Shown in pieces: positions 18,419-26,403 of a stretch of DNA of 64,000 nucleotides. Source of the DNA: a virus (Duplodnaviria; Caudoviricetes). Under the pieces are notes generated by a model. That model was not told where the DNA came from and did no database searches. It saw only the letters and a program-made list of their open reading frames with translations. The DNA lies in the IMG/VR virus record IMGVR_UViG_3300028186_000155; one strand, written 5' to 3'. The position numbers and the translations under genes are program-made. Numbering within the stretch: position 1 is the first letter of the stretch; every line of letters starts with the position of its first letter.

Positions 18419-19188
18419 AGCATATCCATTAGATCGGCTTTATCGCTTCGTTTGCTGTTGAGCATCAGAGCAAACTGCATGGGCATTCGCATTTTCTCCG
18501 CAAAGAACGTAACCGGGTCACAACCGTTTACCACCACAATTCGCGGAATGTTGTCGTATTTTTCGAGTAGGTCACGGACCTTTTCGATTTTGATTTGCGT
18601 GGAATCAAGGCCAACGTTGGCGATGATCAGCATTGAGATATTGCGGCGGGTTTTCTCGGCCAGCAATTCATCATAGAACCCGCTCATTACGCGATGATAA
18701 ACCGGCAGCATCTTGCCCTTTTGTTTACCAGAACGCTGGTCGTCAATGGCTGCATCCATAATGCTCATGGCCATGAATTTTGCGCGTTCATCCGTCACCA
18801 TCGAACCAATGCCAATGATCGGGGAACCGTGCAGCGGGTTGGACAAAAGACGATAGCACGTGTCGATTTGACGGCGTACCGAGGTCTTTGGAATCACGTA
18901 GTCTTCAGGCAGCCATTTAGGCACCATCGGGGTAATCGAAGTCAACGCATCATCTAGCAAGAACGGGTGCCGCATCACCTGCAATGCGGTCCCGTCCACG
19001 CCTTGTGATTTCAGCAATTTTACGCGGGCTGTATCGTATTTGAAATTGAGGGTAGGCGCAGGCATACGCGAAGGGGCGCTAACCTGCCCTTTCGGTTTTT
19101 TAATCCCGGCTACTTTCTCCACGACAGCCCGTTTCTTCGGCTGCATCAAGCTTTTGGCCGACTTCGCGACCTTCACATCCTTCGCCAT
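18415..19188 (-). CDS. degenerate DnaC/IstB-like AAA+ protein (putative helicase loader)
   Basis: MLIIANVG...VRDLLEKY..PRIVVVN follows the DnaC Walker B-sensor pattern; Walker A/B catalytic residues missing. Confidence 0.4.
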   Translation of the reverse strand: MAKDVKVAKSAKSLMQPKKRAVVEKVAGIKKPKGQVSAPSRMPAPTLNFKYDTARVKLLKSQGVDGTALQVMRHPFLLDDALTSITPMVPKWLPEDYVIPKTSVRRQIDTCYRLLSNPLHGSPIIGIGSMVTDERAKFMAMSIMDAAIDDQRSGKQKGKMLPVYHRVMSGFYDELLAEKTRRNISMLIIANVGLDSTQIKIEKVRDLLEKYDNIPRIVVVNGCDPVTFFAEKMRMPMQFALMLNSKRSDKADLMDML

Positions 19189-19441
19189 AGTCGGTCCCGA
19201 GTGAGTTAGGTTTATGTTGAGTGTTTACAGTTTTGGGCGCTGCGTCATACAACATTTTGTAAACGGCTTGCTGTAGTTCTTTACGATCTTTGCCGGAGAA
19301 TTCAGCGGCAGCCAGCACAGGATCAGCAGGGAAATCTACCAGCATTTTGCTTGCCATGTAGATTTCCATTTCTTCCAGCTGGGTTTGCGGCCAGCCGCTG
19401 GGCGGCACGCTCATACCGCGACATACCCGTTTATCAATCAT
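19100..19441 (-). CDS. hypothetical protein
   Basis: Start at MIDKRV with GGAGG RBS. Confidence 0.55.
   Translation of the reverse strand: MIDKRVCRGMSVPPSGWPQTQLEEMEIYMASKMLVDFPADPVLAAAEFSGKDRKELQQAVYKMLYDAAPKTVNTQHKPNSLGTDYGEGCEGREVGQKLDAAEETGCRGESSRD
19224..19232 (-). promoter_or_regulatory. AACTGTAAA promoter motif (replication-gene class)
   Basis: 36 nt upstream of the 19188 start; motif recurs upstream of polA and dnaX. Confidence 0.5.
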
Positions 19442-19460
19442 TGGTTGCACCTCCGTTTGC

Positions 19461-19799
19461 TTAGATTTTCCATTCACGTTCGGATGCCTTCCATGCGTAG
19501 AACGTTTCTTGATTCCACGTCTCGGTAGAACCATCGGAATATTCAGCGGTGTACGTTTGGCGTTCGCCACCGTTCCAATCGGCAACCACACTCGACAGGA
19601 AACGTTCCGATTTTGGCACTTTGAAAATGTGCACAATGCCATCGACGGTTGAGCGCATTTCTTCATCGTCGCGCAGCACCGGAGTTTGCACCCATCGGCC
19701 ATCGTGTCCTTTTACAACACTGTGCACGTGTCGCAGTTGTTGCTCACCGTCCACAATGACAGTCATTTGCAGTGGCTGTTGCATTATTTGTTCCTTCAA
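19461..19799 (-). CDS. hypothetical protein
   Basis: ORF in co-oriented operon. Confidence 0.6.
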   Translation of the reverse strand: MKEQIMQQPLQMTVIVDGEQQLRHVHSVVKGHDGRWVQTPVLRDDEEMRSTVDGIVHIFKVPKSERFLSSVVADWNGGERQTYTAEYSDGSTETWNQETFYAWKASEREWKI

Positions 19800-20025
19800 A
19801 ATCCAGAGGGTGTGGAATATTCTGCATGATCAGAACTTGGCGCATGCCTGCGTCGAAGCCGCTGGCGTCAATTCCGCTACTATCGCACTCGGCCCATAGC
19901 CGGTGATAATCCATCAGGCTACCACGGTATTTGCGCAATTGTTCCTGCGCGTATTGAACACCGGCCTGAAAATCCTCTTCGTAGTTGCGGAACCCGAAAA
20001 GTTTGCGAAAGAGTTCACTGATCAT
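19744..20025 (-). CDS. hypothetical protein
   Basis: AAGGGA RBS; DFQAGVQYA...FDAGM pattern common in small phage proteins. Confidence 0.6.
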   Translation of the reverse strand: MISELFRKLFGFRNYEEDFQAGVQYAQEQLRKYRGSLMDYHRLWAECDSSGIDASGFDAGMRQVLIMQNIPHPLDFEGTNNATATANDCHCGR

Positions 20026-20338
20026 ATGCGAGATTCCCTTTCACATCACGCACCCGCTGATCAGGAAATGCCGGGTCATCCAGTTTAATGGCCATGCCGA
20101 GGTCAAGCCACGTAGTCCACTGCCCACACTGGCCGCATTTGTAGCGGTCGTGATGCATGGTAGGCACATTCCTTTCCTCGGCGGCCCAGCAATTATTTGG
20201 CATATTGCTGCCCCACGTGTTGCAGTGGGGACATTTCAAATCGCCCCACATCCGCATGCCCGCGTGATAGGCATCACGTTCCTGTTTTGCTGCCCAATGT
20301 TTCAACCACGTAAAGAAACGCAGTCGCCGCGATTTCAT
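20015..20338 (-). CDS. zinc-ribbon protein
   Basis: CPHC...CGQC. Confidence 0.7.
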   Translation of the reverse strand: MKSRRLRFFTWLKHWAAKQERDAYHAGMRMWGDLKCPHCNTWGSNMPNNCWAAEERNVPTMHHDRYKCGQCGQWTTWLDLGMAIKLDDPAFPDQRVRDVKGNLAYDQ

Positions 20339-20535
20339 GGTCCATTTTCCTTTTTGTTGTGATTGGCGGGCGGGCCAGATGCCTCATGGTTATAAACTCG
20401 ATTCATACGCATCGCGTCTTCCATATCCCGCAGAAGTCGTTTGTTTTCTTTATGGGTTCGGAAAATCGAGGCGCCAGCCGCAATAAAGGCTAGCACCGCA
20501 ATTCCGTAACCAATTAGGTTAAGGGCCTCTTTCAC
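20335..20535 (-). CDS. small membrane protein
   Basis: N-terminal TM LIGYGIAVLAFIAAGASIF. Confidence 0.65.
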   Translation of the reverse strand: MKEALNLIGYGIAVLAFIAAGASIFRTHKENKRLLRDMEDAMRMNRVYNHEASGPPANHNKKENGP

Positions 20536-20762
20536 AGAACGCCCTGTTTTTTCAGCAGGCGGCGCTGGTTGCGCGTGAGGTTTTTCCGTTGCAACGGCAC
20601 TTCGTCAAAGTGCACAATGTCAGGGTTCATTTGCGCCAGCAATTTCTTGTATTGCTTGGGATCGCGCTTGGCCATTTCTTTCATGGCCTCGGTAAGCTGG
20701 CGCTGGGCCTCTTCCTGATTCAACTGTTCCTGCGATTTGAGGTCTACCGTTCTTTCTTCCAT
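20532..20762 (-). CDS. hypothetical protein
   Basis: 76 aa, overlaps the helicase stop. Confidence 0.6.
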   Translation of the reverse strand: MEERTVDLKSQEQLNQEEAQRQLTEAMKEMAKRDPKQYKKLLAQMNPDIVHFDEVPLQRKNLTRNQRRLLKKQGVL

Positions 20763-22417
20763 TTCGATTTTCTCTCGGCACGTTGTTCTGATGCACGGTT
20801 TTTGATGCGGGAACCAATCTGGCTAAACATGCCGCCAAACATCCCGTTATCTTTCTTCGTGATGGTCGATACTTCGACTTCCTGTTCGGGGTCGAAATCT
20901 TCGGAAATATCACGCTTCACATTGCGCAGCCATTGACGCATGCGCTCTTCGGCAACCTCGGTTGGCTTGTGGTTGAATTCCAAAGCCTGTTGCCACGTGC
21001 GTGCGCAATACTTCAGCGATGCTTGGTGGCCAGTGTCAGCAAAGAAGCGGATGATAGGCGTGCGCTTATCGGGATCGGGCGTCAGAATACGCGACGATTC
21101 CTGTTTCCAGTTTTCCGGGTTGTTCATCGGCATGATGTAATACAGGCACGACCACGGCTTAACGTTGATACCGCGTTGCAGCAGCTTGCGGATACCAACC
21201 ACCACACGGATTTTCCGTTCGCCAGCCAGCTTTTTGATGCGGTCGCGATCATCTTTGTTTTTCTTGCCACCGCCACCAACAAAGGCAGCAGCCACTTCGT
21301 ATCCGACAGCCGAGTTAACCCGTTTGACGATTTCGAAAATGTGGTCCTTGAAATGGCAAGGAACAACGATGGAATGCCCGGCCTCAAGGTCTTTCAAAAT
21401 CCACGAAATGATCAGGGTGTTTCGTGGCTTGTTGTTGGCTAGGTTTTTACCCAGTTTCACAAAGCCCGGTTTGCCCTTGAACACGCCTTTGGATTTCATG
21501 CCGGTATCAACTGCCAGCATCTTGGCCACCAGCTGCGCCCGTTTGATTTCGGACTTCGGCGGCCCCATAACCAACGCCGTGATTTTGTGCTTGCCGTCTT
21601 TGCGGGTCCATGTACCGGTGCAGCCGAAGCGATAGCGCATCTTCAGGCTGTTCATGACCGTTGCAAATTCCGGGGCGCCAGTCGATTGCACTTCGTCCAC
21701 AATGACGGTGCCGAAAACCTTGTTACAGGCCTTCATCAACTTACGGCCTTTCTCGCTCAAGAAACTCTGATAGGTGATGATACCAATCTGAATATCCTTG
21801 AGGTCTTCTTTGGTTTTGATGAACCCATAAAGTTTCTTGCCGGTGCGTTCTTGCAGCTGGGGCAAATTCGTGGATTCTTCAATGTCGCCAATGAACTGGT
21901 TTAGGAAGTCGTACTGGTCGGCCATAAGCAGCACCTTGTAACCCAGTTCGATTGCCAATTTCAGCGCGGTTAACGACTTACCCGAACGCGGCGGAAGCAC
22001 GAAAAGGCCAAACTTGGCCTCTTTCATTCGCTTAACTGTTTTCAGCTGGTAACTGAACCAGTCGCGATCCTCACCGAGGTCGATTTTAACTTTGTAATCA
22101 AACGGAACTTTAGTGCGCTTGTCGATGATTTTGTAATCACCTAGATCAATGCGCATCTTTTCTTCGAAATTGTCTCGGTCGCCCAAAGGCAGGCCGATGT
22201 ACTCCGTATTCCCAATGACGCGTGCTTTGGCCAGCCGATACGAACCGTTGAAGTTCTCGCAGCCTTTGCAGGCCTGCACCGGGCGTTCTGGTCTTAGTTC
22301 ACACGACCGGCAACCTTGATCGGAAAAGAAGTCGTGAAAATACTCTTTCTTGACTCGCTTTTCCGACAGGTCGATCCGGGGAATGTACATCTTGTCCGAT
22401 ACGATGATTTTGCCCAT
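20744..22417 (-). CDS. SF2 DNA helicase (UvsW-like)
   Basis: Q-motif YQ, LPPRSGKS, DEVQ, TGT, RGIN, QESSRI; N-terminal CxxC..CxxC. Confidence 0.85.
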   Translation of the reverse strand: MGKIIVSDKMYIPRIDLSEKRVKKEYFHDFFSDQGCRSCELRPERPVQACKGCENFNGSYRLAKARVIGNTEYIGLPLGDRDNFEEKMRIDLGDYKIIDKRTKVPFDYKVKIDLGEDRDWFSYQLKTVKRMKEAKFGLFVLPPRSGKSLTALKLAIELGYKVLLMADQYDFLNQFIGDIEESTNLPQLQERTGKKLYGFIKTKEDLKDIQIGIITYQSFLSEKGRKLMKACNKVFGTVIVDEVQSTGAPEFATVMNSLKMRYRFGCTGTWTRKDGKHKITALVMGPPKSEIKRAQLVAKMLAVDTGMKSKGVFKGKPGFVKLGKNLANNKPRNTLIISWILKDLEAGHSIVVPCHFKDHIFEIVKRVNSAVGYEVAAAFVGGGGKKNKDDRDRIKKLAGERKIRVVVGIRKLLQRGINVKPWSCLYYIMPMNNPENWKQESSRILTPDPDKRTPIIRFFADTGHQASLKYCARTWQQALEFNHKPTEVAEERMRQWLRNVKRDISEDFDPEQEVEVSTITKKDNGMFGGMFSQIGSRIKNRASEQRAERKSKWKKER

Positions 22418-22450
22418 GGTTTAACCGGAGCTTCCTTGTTCGTGCATTTA

Positions 22451-22897
22451 CTACCTCGGATAAAGATGGCGATATTCTTCGGTCAAACAGAATTCACTGC
22501 TCAGTTGCAGGGAGGCTGGGATCTTGCTTTGGTCAACGAACTTCACAAATTCGATAACGTCTTTCGAGGTCCAACCACGCGGGTACACATTCACTGCGCC
22601 CCATGGTTTGTTTACAGATTCGTAGGTGCGCACGATGTGCATGCCCAGCTGTTCTGCGTTCTCGAATTCGCACACGACAATCGGGCGGTGGCCCATCTTC
22701 CACAGAATATCGAATGCGTAATCATTTTCTGCGAAAAGGTGGATATGATCACCCCAAGCAAACAGGCCTTTGGAATCGTATGAATACCACGACGCCTTGT
22801 CGCTTTTGATAGCGATCAGTTGCGGTGTGTAGCCACGCGGGTCCAGTGTTTGGTTGCCATCAGGAATTGCGTCGGGATCAAGTTTCACAAGTTTCAT
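22451..22897 (-). CDS. hypothetical protein
   Basis: ATGA overlap with upstream gene. Confidence 0.65.
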   Translation of the reverse strand: MKLVKLDPDAIPDGNQTLDPRGYTPQLIAIKSDKASWYSYDSKGLFAWGDHIHLFAENDYAFDILWKMGHRPIVVCEFENAEQLGMHIVRTYESVNKPWGAVNVYPRGWTSKDVIEFVKFVDQSKIPASLQLSSEFCLTEEYRHLYPR

Positions 22898-23220
22898 TCG
22901 CAGCCCACCAATTTACGTTGATATTCGTCCAGTTCGAAAACCACCGGCAGCCCATGTTCCAGCAAATCGAAAACCACACGACGCAACAGCGAAATGTCTT
23001 GAGTCAAAACGGCAACCACCACCGGTTCGTCATGTTCATTCGTGTACGCCGCAATCTCTTCGCGAAATTCCCGAACCATATCCTGTTCGGTAGCGGCCCC
23101 AACAGCTTCAGGCGAAACGAAAATCACCTTGGCACATTGAGGCACGCGGGTATCCCCGAACTGTGCCAGAGCGTCGTCTGGAAACACGGTTTCGGGTGCG
23201 TACACGAATGCAGTTTTCAT
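22894..23220 (-). CDS. hypothetical protein
   Basis: Coupled ORF. Confidence 0.6.
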   Translation of the reverse strand: MKTAFVYAPETVFPDDALAQFGDTRVPQCAKVIFVSPEAVGAATEQDMVREFREEIAAYTNEHDEPVVVAVLTQDISLLRRVVFDLLEHGLPVVFELDEYQRKLVGCE

Positions 23221-23762
23221 AACAATACCTGTTCTGGTCGGGAGAGGACTTTGATAACCTCGACAAGGTTTTTAAACATAAAGCCTGCCTTGTCAATGTC
23301 TTCGATTACGATTTGTGCAGCCTTTTCCAGCCCTTTAACTTCATCGAAATAATCGTAGAAGGGGCGCATGATCGACTCCACAAATGCTTTACGTTCGCCC
23401 TGTGCACCAACCGACTTTAGGTAGCTGGCATATTCGGCACACAGGTAATCGCGCAGCTTGGACAGCGTGCGCTCCATAGCGTGGGAAATTTTCGTGCACT
23501 CGCCAAGGATTTCAGCGCAGCGGCTGCGCGTTGCTTGGTCTTGCAAAAGTGCTTCACAAACTTTTTCTGGAAATGCGCGCGAGCGTTTGCGCTTCAATTC
23601 GCGGGTTATGCGTGTCGTGTGAAGGCGTTGCAATTCCGAATGGTACGACTCAAAGTCGATGTTGTACGCCGGGTTGCCCCGGAAGTTTTCAAGGAATTGC
23701 TGGAAACGTTTGTTCTTTTTGATCGTAGAACGAATCGCCTTCTGTTGCTCACGACTACTCAT
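23217..23762 (-). CDS. helical protein, possibly a UvsY-like recombination mediator
   Basis: All-alpha, 181 aa, near the UvsW-like helicase; function weakly supported. Confidence 0.4.
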   Translation of the reverse strand: MSSREQQKAIRSTIKKNKRFQQFLENFRGNPAYNIDFESYHSELQRLHTTRITRELKRKRSRAFPEKVCEALLQDQATRSRCAEILGECTKISHAMERTLSKLRDYLCAEYASYLKSVGAQGERKAFVESIMRPFYDYFDEVKGLEKAAQIVIEDIDKAGFMFKNLVEVIKVLSRPEQVLL

Positions 23763-24144
23763 AGGCCGTTCCGCTCACTTGGGTGCCGAAGTGCCCGGCC
23801 ATGATCAACGTGAATTCCGCAACTTGCACCACGAAATCCTGTTGCAGGTCGGTGGTGTTTTCGTAGTCAGGTTCTGCCCACGGGAAAATCCGCCAGTTGT
23901 CCCTGTACCAGCCGCTAACATCGAACGCTTCTTTTTCAGTGGCGTTTTGCTGCCGGTTGTTGTGCAGTTCGATCTTGTCGGATAGGTCGGTAATCGACTC
24001 GACAAAACGTACCTGATCCACGTGGTGCTGCTGATCCCATACCGGGTACGGCAGGCCGCACACCTTGGCAAACGTGGCGATCATTGCACAGAGCAATTCC
24101 GCCATTTCAGCCTCTTCAAAATATCGCATTTTATCCTCGGACAA
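23755..24144 (-). CDS. hypothetical protein
   Basis: Overlapping operon ORF. Confidence 0.6.
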   Translation of the reverse strand: MSEDKMRYFEEAEMAELLCAMIATFAKVCGLPYPVWDQQHHVDQVRFVESITDLSDKIELHNNRQQNATEKEAFDVSGWYRDNWRIFPWAEPDYENTTDLQQDFVVQVAEFTLIMAGHFGTQVSGTAYE

Positions 24145-24463
24145 TTGTCATTTGTTGGCACAGCTTGTGGACGTACTCAACGAAGCGCTGCGCGTCGTGG
24201 TCCAGATCGTTCCAACGGTTGGTGAATGGGAACAGCGCCCAATGCGTTTCGAACCACATTTCGTGAGGCATGTAATAACCATCAGCAGTGCGCTTCAGGT
24301 CTTTAACTGCCGCCAGATACAAACGCATTTTCTCTTTGGGGAAATTCCGCAGATCAATAGGCTGATATCCGCTAGGGTCGTTGTGTTCCATCATGACGCG
24401 GGCGGCCACCACGTTGTGGCGCAGCAGAATTGCAATTCTTTCGTCGTTGAGATTGAGCATCAC
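24131..24463 (-). CDS. hypothetical protein
   Basis: GAGG RBS, GTGA overlap. Confidence 0.6.
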   Translation of the reverse strand: MMLNLNDERIAILLRHNVVAARVMMEHNDPSGYQPIDLRNFPKEKMRLYLAAVKDLKRTADGYYMPHEMWFETHWALFPFTNRWNDLDHDAQRFVEYVHKLCQQMTIVRG

Positions 24464-24906
24464 ACGGCCTCGGTTACAAGGTAGGGAGATTCGGCGTTGC
24501 CGCTGATGGCCAACACAGAACCGGTGCTACTCTTGAATATTAACAGTTTTTGTTTGTATGACGTGATCGGGTGCTGCACGTAATCATACAATTCCTTTTT
24601 ATTGCAGGCGACGATCATTTTGTGCGGCTCTAGCTCAACCTTGGATTCATCCGAGATAACGAACAGGTGGCCATAGATCGAACGCCGGGCATTGACGAAG
24701 TTGTACATTTTGCAGAAGCGGTTGAGCGGATACGGATTTTCATAATCAATCAGCATCGGTGTATCAACCAGCTTACGGAAAAACAGCCCGACATGGTGGC
24801 CGTCGTGGGCCTTGCCGAAATCCTCGAAGGTATCAACCTGCCGCACGGTATGAGTGAACGTGTCGGCCAGACTGAAAATCGGGCTGATATTACTTAGCTT
24901 CATCAT
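24460..24906 (-). CDS. hypothetical protein
   Basis: Overlapping operon ORF. Confidence 0.6.
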   Translation of the reverse strand: MMKLSNISPIFSLADTFTHTVRQVDTFEDFGKAHDGHHVGLFFRKLVDTPMLIDYENPYPLNRFCKMYNFVNARRSIYGHLFVISDESKVELEPHKMIVACNKKELYDYVQHPITSYKQKLLIFKSSTGSVLAISGNAESPYLVTEAV

Positions 24907-26032
24907 AGGTGCCGACCAGCGTCAGGGTGCCGCCATCGATTTTGGTTACGAGGCGATAGGCGCTCATGGCACCCGGCACCTTGTAGAAATTCATGTCGAT
25001 TTCCACACCAGAGATTTTGTTGAAAAGGTCCATAAAGATTCGCGGGTCAACCCGGATATCCAACGGTTTACCTTCCACCTTGGCTTTGAATTCGTCGGAG
25101 ACTTTACCGCCACCGCCCTGCACACTCATGCGCGCCTTACCCTTTTCGAGGGCCAGCGCCATTTTGGTATCGCCATCGGACAGAACCGACATATTCGAAA
25201 CGACGCCCACGGCCTTCGTATCGAACAGCATGGAACTCAGCGGCTTTTGATCGTCCAGCATTTTGTTGTACTGCACAGCCTGCCCAACTTCACCGTAGAT
25301 CAGCTGGCCAACCGGGATCGACACAACGAATTGTGCACCAGTCGCACGGAAACGGCCACCATCCACCGAGAAACTGATTTTGTCAGATTCGATGAATTTT
25401 TCGATTACGCTGAAGGCCTTGGCGGGCAGCGAAGTTTTCAGCGGCACCGCGCCTTTCACCTTGGTTTTGAACAGGGCGACGTGGTGTTCATCGTGGCAAT
25501 AAACACGCATCAGTTTGTCGCCAATTTCAAAGATGATTGGCAATTCGGTTGAGCCGTAGAAGTCGGTAAGGCGTACACGCTTCACCGCTTCGCGCAGGGC
25601 GTGCACCACGTCTTTTGGCATAGGCTCGGTTTTGGTTCCGACCAGCTGGTGCTCCAGCATCTGGATATCATCGCCGTCGAATTCACCGACCGGCAATTGC
25701 GCTTTGAACTGGCCTTTTTGTTCCTTGAATGCGATGTTGCCGCCACCGGTTTTGAACTGGCAAGGGCCACGCGCTTTCAGCAGGCCAATCATCTTGACAG
25801 CATCGATTTTCACGGTGCCGCTTTTGTCGCAATTGTCGCTCACCTTGGCACAGGCCAGCGCATCGGTAGAACTGCCGATCAAGTAAACACCTTTGCCCTT
25901 TTGGCAGGCAATGATGAATTTGGCGTCGTCGGCTTTGATGTAGGTTGTAACGTTAATGATTTTGGAAAGCGTGGCCGCAACATCGCGACCAATCGCCGTG
26001 AATTCCAGTTCGTTACCTTCGATAAGTTTCAT
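24890..26032 (-). CDS. dnaN: DNA sliding clamp, bacterial beta-clamp-like
   Basis: 380 aa with three alpha/beta repeats; STD, CHDEHHVA (cf. ATDGHRL), IRVDPRIFMD (cf. FNxxYLLD); next to polA. Confidence 0.7.
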   Translation of the reverse strand: MKLIEGNELEFTAIGRDVAATLSKIINVTTYIKADDAKFIIACQKGKGVYLIGSSTDALACAKVSDNCDKSGTVKIDAVKMIGLLKARGPCQFKTGGGNIAFKEQKGQFKAQLPVGEFDGDDIQMLEHQLVGTKTEPMPKDVVHALREAVKRVRLTDFYGSTELPIIFEIGDKLMRVYCHDEHHVALFKTKVKGAVPLKTSLPAKAFSVIEKFIESDKISFSVDGGRFRATGAQFVVSIPVGQLIYGEVGQAVQYNKMLDDQKPLSSMLFDTKAVGVVSNMSVLSDGDTKMALALEKGKARMSVQGGGGKVSDEFKAKVEGKPLDIRVDPRIFMDLFNKISGVEIDMNFYKVPGAMSAYRLVTKIDGGTLTLVGTYDEAK

Positions 26033-26403
26033 TGCAGCTTGTACCCAAAAATGTCAGCGAATTCGTATGGAACCAACGTGATGGTCATGAACGTTTCTTC
26101 GTTGTCTTCGTCGGCGGGTTGCACACTGGCCATCCACGCCCACACCAGACCATAGCGAGGTAAAACCTGCGACTCTAGCGAATCCAGAAACGGCTCAATT
26201 GATTCCTTTGTCGGGTAGATTTCAAACGTGGAATCTGGCGAGTTTAATTCCAGCATCAGTTGCCCGGCAAATTGCTTGAAGAGCGCCAAGCGCGGATCAT
26301 CCACGCTGGCACCCTCAACCTCAAGGCAGAACGATTTGATGCGGGTAGTCTCTAGGCAGCTTCCTTCTGATTTTTCCAGAATTTCTTCTGCTTCAATACC
26401 CAT
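26029..26403 (-). CDS. hypothetical acidic protein
   Basis: AGAGGA RBS; ATGA overlap with clamp gene. Confidence 0.55.
   Translation of the reverse strand: MGIEAEEILEKSEGSCLETTRIKSFCLEVEGASVDDPRLALFKQFAGQLMLELNSPDSTFEIYPTKESIEPFLDSLESQVLPRYGLVWAWMASVQPADEDNEETFMTITLVPYEFADIFGYKLQ

Noticed and set aside
20532-20762. DIVHFDEV as a terminase Walker-B mimic
   Set aside because: An 8-residue resemblance is too short to distinguish from chance.
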